A stretch of 30,475 nucleotides of DNA from a bacterium. GTDB taxonomy: Bacteria; Verrucomicrobiota; Kiritimatiellia; CAIKKV01; CAIYGI01. A program made the position numbers and the translations under genes. The notes beneath the pieces were generated by a model. The model did not search any database and was not told the origin of the DNA. It was given only the letters and a program-made list of their open reading frames with translations. The stretch's first letter is position 1, and every line of letters begins with the position of its first letter. Shown one piece after another: positions 1 through 8,939 of the stretch. The stretch spans positions 1-30,475 of the forward strand of contig JBAXJV010000001.1 in NCBI GenBank assembly GCA_037137675.1, in the 5' to 3' direction.

Positions 1-339
1 GTCGTATCCGAAGATCATGGAGACGTTTTTGGCGAAAGCCCAGAATAACCCGAAGCTGATTCCGCTATTCAGGTTGCCGCCGCCCGTGTAATCAACTGCG
101 ACCCGCAGCTTATCGGAAGTTTCACTTATCGTGCGGTCCCATGAAGCCATGATTCCGTCACTGGCGGCTTCACCATCCGCGCCCAGCAGCACAGCCTTGT
201 TCCCCGAATAGTAACCGAACGAAAACCGCCCCGGAGCTGGTATGGCAGCGCAGGCGGGGATCGTTTGCCCGAGCATGCCGTACACAATATTCTGATCGGT
301 TCTGGTCGCGCTGCTCTGCCATGTCCGATTATTGCGTAT
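1..339 (-). pseudogene. Probable 5'-truncated remnant or partial gene of an outer-membrane beta-barrel-like hypothetical protein; continues off the left edge
   Basis: Hand translation gives an open minus frame from 339 to 1 (...DQNIVYGMLGQTIP...GRFSFGYYSGNKAVLL...SWDRTISETSDKLRVAVDYTGGGNLNSGISFGLFWAFAKNVSMIFGYD). Alternating aromatic/Gly residues look like beta-strands. There is an upstream in-frame TGA at 342-340, the only ATG near the 5' end is at 276, and there is no signal peptide. Confidence 0.4.
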
Positions 340-341
340 TC

Positions 342-369
342 ATTCTGGATTTTGAATCCTGACTCCTGA
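342..369. repeat. Four degenerate tandem heptamers (attctgg attttga atcctga ctcctga)
   Basis: A 7-bp period is directly visible in the intergenic DNA upstream of gltB. Confidence 0.55.
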
Positions 370-470
370 GTTGTTACGACAGTTTTTAACGGGAGCCTTC
401 GGGGGATAATCCGGGGATTGCAAAAATGTTGTTATCGGCAAATAAAATTACAAAAACGAAGCCTCCGGAC

Positions 471-499
471 TTGAATTCCAAGCTTTCTTGCGGTACAAT
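471..499 (+). promoter_or_regulatory. sigma70-type promoter of gltBD, predicted to give a leaderless mRNA
   Basis: TTGAAT (471-476), 17-bp spacer, TACAAT (494-499). The ATG at 506 lies 6 nt past the -10 box and there is no Shine-Dalgarno. The upstream DNA (420-460) is AT-rich. Confidence 0.7.
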
Positions 500-505
500 T
501 TCTGA

Positions 506-3500
506 ATGAAGCCAGCCGTTTTCACGGGTCAATATCCGAAGCCGCAAGGGTTGTACGATCCGTCTTTTGAAAAGGACGCGTGCGGTGTTGGTATGGTGTG
601 CAGTCTGAAGGGAGAGAAGTCCCACGACATAGTGGCCAAGGCTTTGCAGGTGCTGGCGAATCTTGAGCATCGCGGTGCGACGGGGTCTGATCCTGAAACT
701 GGCGACGGGGCTGGCATATTGATTCAGGTGCCGCATGCCTTTTTCAAGTCCGTTGTGAAGGACTTGCCGGATGCGGGCTTGTATGGCGTGGGAATGGTGT
801 TTCTTCCGCAGAACGCCGGGAGTCGCGCGATGTGTGAGCAGGTGCTGGAAAAGCAGCTGAAGGCGGAGGGGCTGTCGGTTCTCGCATGGCGTGATGTGCC
901 GGTGCAGGCTGAGGCAATTGGCGAGCTGGGCCGCAGCAGCATGCCTTTCATCCGTCAGGTGTTTGCAGCTTGCTGCAATACTCCGCGCGAACATCTTGAT
1001 CGTCAGCTCTTCATTGCGCGTAAACTGGCTGAGAACGAGGTTCGCCAGGGGACGCTCGAAGGGCGCGAGCAGTTCTATCTGTCGAGCCTGTCGTCGAAGC
1101 TGATCGTGTACAAGGGGCTGATGCGTTCCTTCCGCGTGGCGGAGTTTTATGCGGAGTTGCGCAGCCCGCTGGTTGTTTCCGCGTTGGCGCTGGTGCATCA
1201 GCGCTACAGCACCAATACCTTCCCGGCCTGGTCTTTAGCCCAGCCCTTCCGCTTCATCAGCCATAATGGCGAAATCAACACCCTGCGCGGTAACACGAAC
1301 TGGTTCAAGGCGCGGCAGGGGCTGTTTGCCTCCGAACTGCTCGGCACGGGCTTGGAACGTCTCTTCCCGGTCTTGACTGAAGGCGCCAGCGATTCTGCAA
1401 TCCTCGACAACGCGATTGAACTGCTTTACCACGCTGGCCGCAGCTTGCCGCATGCGGTGATGATGCTGATTCCCGAAGCGTGGCATCACCACACAGAGAT
1501 GAGCAGTGAAAAGAAGTCTTTCTACGAATATCACGCCTGCCTGATGGAGCCGTGGGACGGCCCGGCCTCGATTCCATTCACGGACGGTCAAGTCATTGGC
1601 GCGGTGCTGGACCGTAACGGGTTGAGGCCGTCGCGTTACACGGTGACCAGAGACGGATTGGTGATTCTGGGCTCTGAAACAGGCGTGCTGGAAATTGATC
1701 CGTCGAATGTGGTGCGCAAGGGCCGTCTTCAGCCGGGCCGTATGTTTCTGGTGGACATGCAGCAGGGCCGCATCATTGACGATGATGAGATCAAGGCGCA
1801 GCTCAGTAATCGCAAGCCCTACGGCGAATGGCTCAAGGCCAATCTGATGAGCCTCGATGCGCTGCCGGCGGCGGATGGCGATGCGCGGTTGTCGCTGACG
1901 GATCACGCGCTCGCGGCACGGCAGCGGCTGTTCGGTTACAGCGTGGAGGACCTGAAGATCACCCTGGCGCCGATGGGCCGTTCGGGCATTGAGCCCACGG
2001 GTTCGATGGGCAACGACGCGCCGCTTGCGGTACTCTCCAACCGTCCGCGTCTGCTGTTCGATTATTTCCACCAGCTGTTCGCGCAAGTCACCAATCCGCC
2101 GCTCGACGCAATTCGCGAAGAACTGGTCACGTCGTTGCTTTCGTATATCGGCAAACAGGGCAACCTGCTGCACGAGACCCCGGGGCTTTGTCATCTGCTG
2201 CGGGTAAATCAACCGCTCATCACTGAGGCGGAACTGCTGACGATTCAAACGACGGAAGGCAGCTTGATCCGCTCGCTAACCCTGCCGATACTGTTTGCGG
2301 CCAATGGAAAAAATCAGTCGTTGAAGGCGGCGCTGGATACCTTGTGCGCCGGGGCCGAGGCCGCAGTGGCGCGGGATAAAACCTTTCTGATCCTTACAGA
2401 CCGTGGCGCGTCTCCGGAACAGGCGGCGATTCCCTCGCTGCTGGCGGTTTCAGCGGTTCATCAGCACTTGCTCAGGCGGCATTTGCGCGCGCACGTGGCG
2501 TTGATTGTTGATACTGGCGAGCCGCGCGAAGTCCATCACTTCGCGACCTTGCTTGGCTTTGGCGTGGACGTGATATGTCCGTACATGGCCTATGCTTCGC
2601 TGCGTAATTTGTGCGTGAGAAAACTCTACATTGAGGATCCGCCTGAAGTGGCCTGCGCCAATTACATCAAGGCCGTGAACAAGGGCATTCTCAAGGTGAT
2701 GTCGAAGCTGGGGATTTCCACTCTGCAGAGTTACCGCGGGGCGCAGAATTTCGAGATTGTGGGGCTCAACAGTGACGTGACAGGGCAATACTTCACCGGC
2801 ACGGTTTCGCGAATAGAGGGTATCGGTCTGGAGCAGATCGCGGAGGGCGCCTTGCGGAGTCACGCGGCATGTTTCAAGGCGACGGTGGCGGGCACCCCCG
2901 AGCTGCCGGCCGGCGGACTTTACCAATGGCGGCGCGACGGTGAGGCGCACCTCTACAACCCGGCCACGATCGCGCTGCTTCAGCAGGCGGTTCAGAAGGA
3001 CGATTCTGCGCTGTTTAAGCAGTATTGCGAACGCATCAGCGGCGAACAGGCGGAAATGTTTACGCTGCGCGGGCTTTTCAAGCTCAAACAGGCCGCCCAG
3101 CCAGTGCCGTTGGAAGAGGTCGAACCGTGGACCTCGATCGTGAAGCGATTCAAGACCGGCGCAATGTCCTACGGCTCCATCAGCCGGCAGGCGCACGAGA
3201 CGCTGGCAATTGCGATGAACCGGATCGGCGGCAGCAGCAACAGCGGCGAAGGCGGTGAGGCGGCGGAGCGCTTCCGCCCCGACCCGCAGGGCAACTGGCG
3301 CATCAGTATGATCAAGCAGGTGGCCTCGGGCCGTTTTGGCGTGACGAGCCACTATCTGGTAAATGCCCGCGAACTGCAGATCAAAATGGCGCAGGGCGCG
3401 AAGCCCGGCGAGGGCGGCCAGTTGCCGGCCGAGAAGGTCTATCCGTGGATCGCGGAAACCCGCATGTCCACACCCTACGTGCAGCTGATTTCGCCGCCAC

Positions 3501-5056
3501 CGCACCACGACATTTATTCGATCGAGGACCTGGCGCAATTAATTCACGACCTGAAGAACGCCAACCCCGATGCGCGCATCAGCGTCAAGCTTGTCTCCGA
3601 AGCGGGCGTCGGCACGGTGGCGGCCGGCGTGGCCAAAGGCAAGGCCGACCTGATTTTGATCAGCGGATGGGATGGCGGCACAGGCGCATCGCCGATGACG
3701 GCGGTGAAACACGCGGGATTGCCGTGGGAGCTGGGTCTGGCAGAGGCGCACCAGACGTTGCTGATCAACAAGTTGCGCAGCCGGGTGCGGCTGGAGTGTG
3801 ACGGCAAGCTCATGTGCGGCCGCGACGTGGCGGTTGCCTGTCTGCTGGGCGCGGAGGAATTTGGTTTTGCAACAGCGCCGCTCGTGGCGCTGGGCTGCGT
3901 TATGATGCGCGTCTGCCACCTTAATACCTGTCCACAGGGCATTGCCACCCAAAACCCGCGCCTTAGCAGGAAGTTCAATGGCAAGCCCGAGTACGTGGTG
4001 AATTTCATGCGTTTCATCGCCGAGGATTTCCGCCGCGTAATGGCGGAGATGGGATTCCGGACGGTTGACGAGATGGTGGGCCGCACGGATCTTATTGAAA
4101 TGCAGGACGCCTTGACGCACTGGAAGTCCAGAGGGCTGAATTACTCCTCCATTCTGTGCAACGTGCCGTCCAAACCGTCGGAGCGCCGCTGCACGCAGCA
4201 GCAGGACCACGGGATCAGCGATACGCTGGACCGGACGCTGATCAAGCTGTCCGAGCCGGCGCTGGAGGGTGGGCAGCCGGTGAAGCTGACGGTGGACATC
4301 CGTAACGTCAACCGGACAATCGGCACGATGTTGAGCAGTGTCATCTCCAAAAAATACGGGGCGGAGGGGCTGCCGGAGGACACGATTCAGATTACCTGCA
4401 AAGGCTCGTGCGGGCAGAGCTTCGGAGCATTTTGCGCGCGCGGCTTGACGCTCGCGGTTGAGGGGGATGCGAACGATTATTTTGGAAAGGGCCTGTCCGG
4501 CGGCAAGCTGATTCTTTATCCGCCGCCGAATGCGTCTTATGCGGCAGGGGAGAACATAATTGCCGGCAATGTGGCGCTGTATGGAGCGACGCAGGGCGAG
4601 GCGTATATCAGTGGCCTGGCAGGCGAACGGTTCTGCGTGCGCAATAGCGGGGTGACAGCGGTGGTTGAAGGGGTGGGGGACCACGGGTGTGAATATATGA
4701 CCGGCGGGCGCGTGGTGGTGTTGGGCGCCACGGGCCGCAATTTCGCGGCGGGCATGAGTGGCGGCATCGCCTATGTGCTCGACGAGAGTGGTGTGTTTGC
4801 CGAAAAGCGGTGCAACCGCGAACTGGTTGACCTCGAGCATCTGATCGAGCATGACGAGATTGAAGCGCTGTTGAACCTGATCACCAGGCACCACGCCTAT
4901 ACTGGCAGCTTGGTGGCCAGGCGCGTGATCGGACAGTGGCATCAGCTGCGTTTGAAATTCGTCAAGGTCATGCCGCGCGACTATAAGCGCGCGTTGGCGC
5001 GTCTGCAACGCGAAGAGCTGGAGCCGGTTGCAGAGACGGGAGGATTGCATGGGTAA
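506..5056 (+). CDS. gltB: Glutamate synthase large subunit
   Basis: 1516 aa with the propeptide then CGVG N-terminal nucleophile, HQRYSTNTFP, HNGEINT, MEPWDGPA, the FMN-domain motifs GEGGE and QIKMAQGAKPGEGGQLP, the 3Fe-4S motif CVMMRVCHLNTCPQG, and C-terminal GXGXG repeats. Confidence 0.98.
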   Translation: MKPAVFTGQYPKPQGLYDPSFEKDACGVGMVCSLKGEKSHDIVAKALQVLANLEHRGATGSDPETGDGAGILIQVPHAFFKSVVKDLPDAGLYGVGMVFLPQNAGSRAMCEQVLEKQLKAEGLSVLAWRDVPVQAEAIGELGRSSMPFIRQVFAACCNTPREHLDRQLFIARKLAENEVRQGTLEGREQFYLSSLSSKLIVYKGLMRSFRVAEFYAELRSPLVVSALALVHQRYSTNTFPAWSLAQPFRFISHNGEINTLRGNTNWFKARQGLFASELLGTGLERLFPVLTEGASDSAILDNAIELLYHAGRSLPHAVMMLIPEAWHHHTEMSSEKKSFYEYHACLMEPWDGPASIPFTDGQVIGAVLDRNGLRPSRYTVTRDGLVILGSETGVLEIDPSNVVRKGRLQPGRMFLVDMQQGRIIDDDEIKAQLSNRKPYGEWLKANLMSLDALPAADGDARLSLTDHALAARQRLFGYSVEDLKITLAPMGRSGIEPTGSMGNDAPLAVLSNRPRLLFDYFHQLFAQVTNPPLDAIREELVTSLLSYIGKQGNLLHETPGLCHLLRVNQPLITEAELLTIQTTEGSLIRSLTLPILFAANGKNQSLKAALDTLCAGAEAAVARDKTFLILTDRGASPEQAAIPSLLAVSAVHQHLLRRHLRAHVALIVDTGEPREVHHFATLLGFGVDVICPYMAYASLRNLCVRKLYIEDPPEVACANYIKAVNKGILKVMSKLGISTLQSYRGAQNFEIVGLNSDVTGQYFTGTVSRIEGIGLEQIAEGALRSHAACFKATVAGTPELPAGGLYQWRRDGEAHLYNPATIALLQQAVQKDDSALFKQYCERISGEQAEMFTLRGLFKLKQAAQPVPLEEVEPWTSIVKRFKTGAMSYGSISRQAHETLAIAMNRIGGSSNSGEGGEAAERFRPDPQGNWRISMIKQVASGRFGVTSHYLVNARELQIKMAQGAKPGEGGQLPAEKVYPWIAETRMSTPYVQLISPPPHHDIYSIEDLAQLIHDLKNANPDARISVKLVSEAGVGTVAAGVAKGKADLILISGWDGGTGASPMTAVKHAGLPWELGLAEAHQTLLINKLRSRVRLECDGKLMCGRDVAVACLLGAEEFGFATAPLVALGCVMMRVCHLNTCPQGIATQNPRLSRKFNGKPEYVVNFMRFIAEDFRRVMAEMGFRTVDEMVGRTDLIEMQDALTHWKSRGLNYSSILCNVPSKPSERRCTQQQDHGISDTLDRTLIKLSEPALEGGQPVKLTVDIRNVNRTIGTMLSSVISKKYGAEGLPEDTIQITCKGSCGQSFGAFCARGLTLAVEGDANDYFGKGLSGGKLILYPPPNASYAAGENIIAGNVALYGATQGEAYISGLAGERFCVRNSGVTAVVEGVGDHGCEYMTGGRVVVLGATGRNFAAGMSGGIAYVLDESGVFAEKRCNRELVDLEHLIEHDEIEALLNLITRHHAYTGSLVARRVIGQWHQLRLKFVKVMPRDYKRALARLQREELEPVAETGGLHG

Positions 5057-6518
5057 AATCACAGGCTTCATGGAGTATCAGCGCGAAACTGCTGAGCAGC
5101 GCCCGGTTGAGGAGCGGCTCCACGACTTCAAGGAAGTCTACCGCCCGGTGGATGAGCAGAAGCTTACGCATCAGGCCTCACGCTGTATGGATTGCGGTGT
5201 GCCGTTCTGCCACAGCGCATGCCCGTTGGGCAATCTTTGTCCCGAGTGGAACGATCTGGTCTATCAAGGGCAGTGGCAGAAGGCCTGGGAGCGTCTTTCA
5301 GGAACCAACAATTTCCCTGAATTCACCGGCAGGCTTTGTCCGGCGCTGTGCGAAGAGTCGTGCGTGCTGGGCATTCATGAGGGGCCGATGGCCGTCCAGT
5401 TTGTAGAAAAAACGATCATCGAATACGCGTTCGCGCACGGTCTCGTCAAGCCGGAGCCGCCGGCGCAGCGCACAGGCAAGCGCGTGGCGGTGGTCGGGTC
5501 GGGTCCCGCCGGGCTGGCCGTGGCGCAGCAGCTCAATCGCGCGGGGCATACGGTAACCGTCTTTGAAAAGAACGAGAAGGCCGGCGGCCTTTTGCGGTAT
5601 GGCATTCCGGATTTCAAGCTGGAGAAGTGGGTGATTGACCGCCGCCTGGAGATTATGGCGGACGAAGGCGTGAAGTTTGTCACGAACACTGATCCCACGC
5701 TCGAGATGCTGAAGGAGTTTGATGCGGTGGTGCTGACGAACGGCGCCGGACGTCCGCGCGATCTGCCGATTCCGGGCCGGGAATTGGGCGGCATTCACTT
5801 CGCATTGGAGTATCTCACACAGCAGAACCGCCTGCTGGTTGCGAACCCGGACGGCACTCAAGAGTGGGGCAAGATTAACGCCAGGGGCAAGAGCGTGATT
5901 GTGATTGGCGGCGGCGACACCGGGAGCGACTGTTTGGGTACGGCGCTGCGCCAGGGCGCGGCGGCAGTTCACAGTTTTGAGCTGATGCCAATGCCGCCCG
6001 AGCTGCGCACCGAAGATCAGCCCTGGCCGTTCTGGCCTATGAAGCTGCGCACCAGTTCCTCGCACAAAGAGGGCGGCGACCGCTTCTGGAGCATCCTTAC
6101 AAAAGAGTTTAAGGGTTACAACGGGCGTGTGCGGTCGCTGGTCACGGTCAACGTGGAGTGGACCAGGCCGGCGAAGAAGTCCGAGCGTCCGCAGTTGATT
6201 GAAAACCCGAATACGCAACAGGAGTGGCATGCCGATCTCGTGATGTTGGCGCTGGGCTTTTTGGGGCCGGAAACGGACGGCGTGCTCGCGCGTCTGGGCG
6301 TGGCTGTTGATGAGCGCAGTAACATCAAGACGGGCAAGGATTATCAGACCAATATTTCCGGCGTATTCGCGGCGGGCGATTCACGACGCGGTCAGTCGCT
6401 GATCGTATGGGCGATTTCCGAAGGACGGGAGTGTGCGGCCGCTGTGGACACGTGGCTGATGGGGTCGAGCACCCTGCCCAAATGGGCGGGAATGGATTTG
6501 TCGGCGATCAAAAAGTGA
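5049..6518 (+). CDS. gltD: Glutamate synthase small subunit
   Basis: Start ATG 5049 (MGKITGF) follows GGAGGA (5039-5044) and overlaps gltB by 8 nt. Motifs: CMDCGVPFCHSACP, CPALCEESC, GSGPAG, GGGDTGSDC, AAGDSRRGQSLIVWAI. Confidence 0.97.
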   Translation: MGKITGFMEYQRETAEQRPVEERLHDFKEVYRPVDEQKLTHQASRCMDCGVPFCHSACPLGNLCPEWNDLVYQGQWQKAWERLSGTNNFPEFTGRLCPALCEESCVLGIHEGPMAVQFVEKTIIEYAFAHGLVKPEPPAQRTGKRVAVVGSGPAGLAVAQQLNRAGHTVTVFEKNEKAGGLLRYGIPDFKLEKWVIDRRLEIMADEGVKFVTNTDPTLEMLKEFDAVVLTNGAGRPRDLPIPGRELGGIHFALEYLTQQNRLLVANPDGTQEWGKINARGKSVIVIGGGDTGSDCLGTALRQGAAAVHSFELMPMPPELRTEDQPWPFWPMKLRTSSSHKEGGDRFWSILTKEFKGYNGRVRSLVTVNVEWTRPAKKSERPQLIENPNTQQEWHADLVMLALGFLGPETDGVLARLGVAVDERSNIKTGKDYQTNISGVFAAGDSRRGQSLIVWAISEGRECAAAVDTWLMGSSTLPKWAGMDLSAIKK

Positions 6519-6557
6519 TGCTAGGCTTCCGGCGCCTGACCGCCAGGCCACGCTGGC

Positions 6558-7400
6558 CTACCGGCGGAGCGAACAACCCGCGGGCGTCAGGGCCAGCTGA
6601 CGGTAGGCGGCGGGGTTGACGCCCGAAAACTTGCGGAAGCACCGGCAGAAGACGCGGTAGCAGCCGAATCCGGATTGACTGGCCACGCAGGCTATGGTCA
6701 AGCAGGGCGCTTCCATGAGTAGCCGCCGCGCTTCCGCGACCCGCCGCTGTAGAATGTACTGCTTGATGCTCATGCCGGTGATGCGCTTGAAAAGATGGGC
6801 CAGATAGTAAGCCGAGTAGCCCGCTTGCGTTGCGAGTGCCGGCAGCGACATTTCGCGGCGAAAGTTTTTTTCAATATGTTCAATCAGCCAGTTCACTATG
6901 GGGTTGTGCCGGGGCTCCGGCCGTTTGTTGCGGGCAGCGCGCTTGATTAATGCGATCAGGCATGACAGCGTTGCGGCAATACACTCCCTGCGATAGTGGT
7001 TCTGATGATCGTGCTCGGTGAGCAGCAGGCGCAGAGCCATTTCGATTTCCGCAGCCGTGGCTTCGTCCAGTTCCAGAAAGTGCGGCAGGCCCGGGGGCAG
7101 CTTGAAGGTCTGCTTGCCCTGGCGCACCATGGACGCACGGAACATCAGCAGCCACTTTTCGAGCGGTTTTGTCGGGTCCGGCTCAAAACGATGCGGCGTG
7201 TTGGGTGGAACAACCAGCATGGCGTTGCTCCTGAATGCATGCCGGTGCCCGCCAATCAGGTAGTGACCCTGCCCCCTTTTAATCAGCTGAATCTCAATAT
7301 GAGGGTGGACGGCGAGGCTGGTGTCGCAAGGCTTGCTGGCGCGCGTCCAGCGCACGCTGAACGGCAAGTTGATGGTTTCGGTCTCGTGTTTGGCTGGCAT
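6558..7400 (-). CDS. AraC/XylS family transcriptional regulator (cupin sensor plus double HTH)
   Basis: N-terminal cupin (HPHIEIQLIKRGQG...PPNTPHRF) and C-terminal SLPALATQAGYSAYYLAHLFKRITG...IACVASQSGF...FCRCFRKFSGVNPAAYR. Confidence 0.93.
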   Translation of the reverse strand: MPAKHETETINLPFSVRWTRASKPCDTSLAVHPHIEIQLIKRGQGHYLIGGHRHAFRSNAMLVVPPNTPHRFEPDPTKPLEKWLLMFRASMVRQGKQTFKLPPGLPHFLELDEATAAEIEMALRLLLTEHDHQNHYRRECIAATLSCLIALIKRAARNKRPEPRHNPIVNWLIEHIEKNFRREMSLPALATQAGYSAYYLAHLFKRITGMSIKQYILQRRVAEARRLLMEAPCLTIACVASQSGFGCYRVFCRCFRKFSGVNPAAYRQLALTPAGCSLRR

Positions 7401-7426
7401 GGAGCGGCTTTGCTATGCGTCTTCCC

Positions 7427-7456
7427 AGTCTAGCGCGCAAGCCGCCTGCAGCGCAA
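7427..7456 (-). promoter_or_regulatory. Candidate sigma70 promoter of the AraC gene
   Basis: Minus strand: TTGCGC (7456-7451), 18-bp spacer, TAGACT (7432-7427). Confidence 0.45.
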
Positions 7457-7516
7457 GATGTGTCACATGTATGACAAGAATTCGGGCTGCGCCGATTACA
7501 TGCGAAATGATATAAA
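7454..7516 (+). promoter_or_regulatory. Candidate regulated promoter of the enzyme cluster: operator-like repeats plus extended -10
   Basis: CAAGA direct repeats at 7454-7458 and 7475-7479 (21-bp period), a TGTCA-N6-TGACA inverted repeat at 7461-7476, and TG-a-TATAAA at 7508-7516 with no good -35. Confidence 0.5.
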
Positions 7517-7523
7517 ACGCCCT

Positions 7524-8888
7524 GTGACAACACAACACTCCCTGATGTTCGGCAGCGCCACGCGCGACATCACCCCGGCGTACCCGGTTTGGCTGCACGG
7601 TTATAGCGCGCGCGATCGCATGTCCGATGGCGTGCGGGAGCCGGTTACACTCAGCTGTCTGGCGGTCAGCAACGGGGATTTGCGAGTTTTGGTCGTGGCC
7701 TGCGATCTGATCGGCATCGAGTCGTGGATGTGCGACGATTTGGCCGGACTTCTCGAACGGGAGGTCGGGATCGGCTATCCGCAGGTTATCTTTGCGTGTT
7801 CGCACACGCACTTTGCTCCAGCCTTGCACTGGGAGCCGCTGGATTCGCCGTGCGTGAACGGCGCGGAGCCCGATCCGCGCTTTATCGCCGCCTTCAAGAT
7901 TGCGCTCGTGGAAGCGGCGCGCGCCAGCCTGCAATCGCTGCAGGCCGGGCGGCTGCAAACTTTGCGTTTACCCGCTCCGCAAGTTCTGTTCAATCGCCGC
8001 ACGGTTTGCACCGCCGACGGGCTGGTGACCACGAACTTCCTCTATCCGGAAGAGCCTGCAGCCTGGACTTTCTCGCCTGTCGACGATCAGTTGACGGTTT
8101 TGCGCGTGGTCGGTGAAGCCGGTGTTCTGGCGATGCTCGTCAATTTCGGGTGCCACCCCGTGACCGGCGGGCCGGATCGCGAGCGCGATACTTACCGCAT
8201 CTCCTCCGAATACCCGCACTACCTGCGCCAGACGATCGCAGAAAAGTTTGCCTGTCCGGTTTTGTTCACCCTGGGCGCCGCAGGCGACGCGGTGCCACTT
8301 AAGCGTAACGAGGAATGCCGCCAGCGGATTGGCAGCATTCTTGGCAACACCGCGATTCTCGGGGAACGGGCTTATCAGACGGACGTCAGCCCGGACCTGC
8401 AAGTGGCGTCGGTGACAATTGAAGGCGAACTGGCGCTCCGGACGGACCGCGCTGCGGCAGAACGGAACTACGCTGCTGCGCGCGATACGGCGCGCCGGAT
8501 TGCGGAGGCCCCTGCGGCAGATCACGGCAGCCCGGATTACCGCGCCGCCATGGAGCGTTTCCAGCATGCGGCCATGACCCTGCATCGGGCGCGTATTTAT
8601 CCGGATGGCAAGCAAGCCATCCGCCTGCAATTCTTGCGGATTGGCACGACGACGATTGTGGCCTGGCCGTTTGAAGTGTTGGCCGGGATCGGGCTGCGCA
8701 TCAAGCAGCGCTTCCCGGATGTCGTAATGATCTCCTGTGCCGGGGGCTATCAGGGTTACATCCCGCTTGCGGCGGACCACCCGCGCGGCGGGTATGAAGC
8801 CAGCGGGGCGGCGGTCCATTTCGTGCCGGGCACCGGTGACCGCCTGCTGGAGGCCACGCTGCGCTGGCTGGAGCAGAACGCCGTTTGA
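7524..8888 (+). CDS. Neutral/alkaline-ceramidase-like putative metal-dependent amidohydrolase of unknown substrate
   Basis: Family motifs recognised by eye: GSATRDITP, VACDLIG, CSHTHFAP, NFGCHP, SSEYP, GAAGD, GYIP, GGYE. No signal peptide. The start is uncertain: GTG 7524 is preferred, ATG 7500 and 7545 are in frame, and the ORF track begins at 7458. Confidence 0.7.
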   Translation: MTTQHSLMFGSATRDITPAYPVWLHGYSARDRMSDGVREPVTLSCLAVSNGDLRVLVVACDLIGIESWMCDDLAGLLEREVGIGYPQVIFACSHTHFAPALHWEPLDSPCVNGAEPDPRFIAAFKIALVEAARASLQSLQAGRLQTLRLPAPQVLFNRRTVCTADGLVTTNFLYPEEPAAWTFSPVDDQLTVLRVVGEAGVLAMLVNFGCHPVTGGPDRERDTYRISSEYPHYLRQTIAEKFACPVLFTLGAAGDAVPLKRNEECRQRIGSILGNTAILGERAYQTDVSPDLQVASVTIEGELALRTDRAAAERNYAAARDTARRIAEAPAADHGSPDYRAAMERFQHAAMTLHRARIYPDGKQAIRLQFLRIGTTTIVAWPFEVLAGIGLRIKQRFPDVVMISCAGGYQGYIPLAADHPRGGYEASGAAVHFVPGTGDRLLEATLRWLEQNAV

Positions 8889-8939
8889 GATTTTGAACAA
8901 AGACACAACCTAAACCTGCAGAAAAGGCGAGCATTAATC

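Noticed and set aside
410-470. AT-rich stretch upstream of the gltB promoter as a nitrogen-regulator site
   Set aside because: It does not match NtrC, NtcA, GlnR/TnrA or NrpR geometry, and may simply be an UP-like element.
386-6230. Long antisense ORFs over gltBD (270, 337, 362, 510 and 310 aa)
   Set aside because: They lie fully opposite well-conserved genes, have no recognisable motifs, and are Arg/Gln/His-rich as expected of shadow frames in high-GC coding DNA.
6545-6559. Small hairpin aggcca-cgc-tggcct between convergent gltD and AraC
   Set aside because: A 6-bp stem with a 3-nt loop and no U-tract is too weak to call a terminator.
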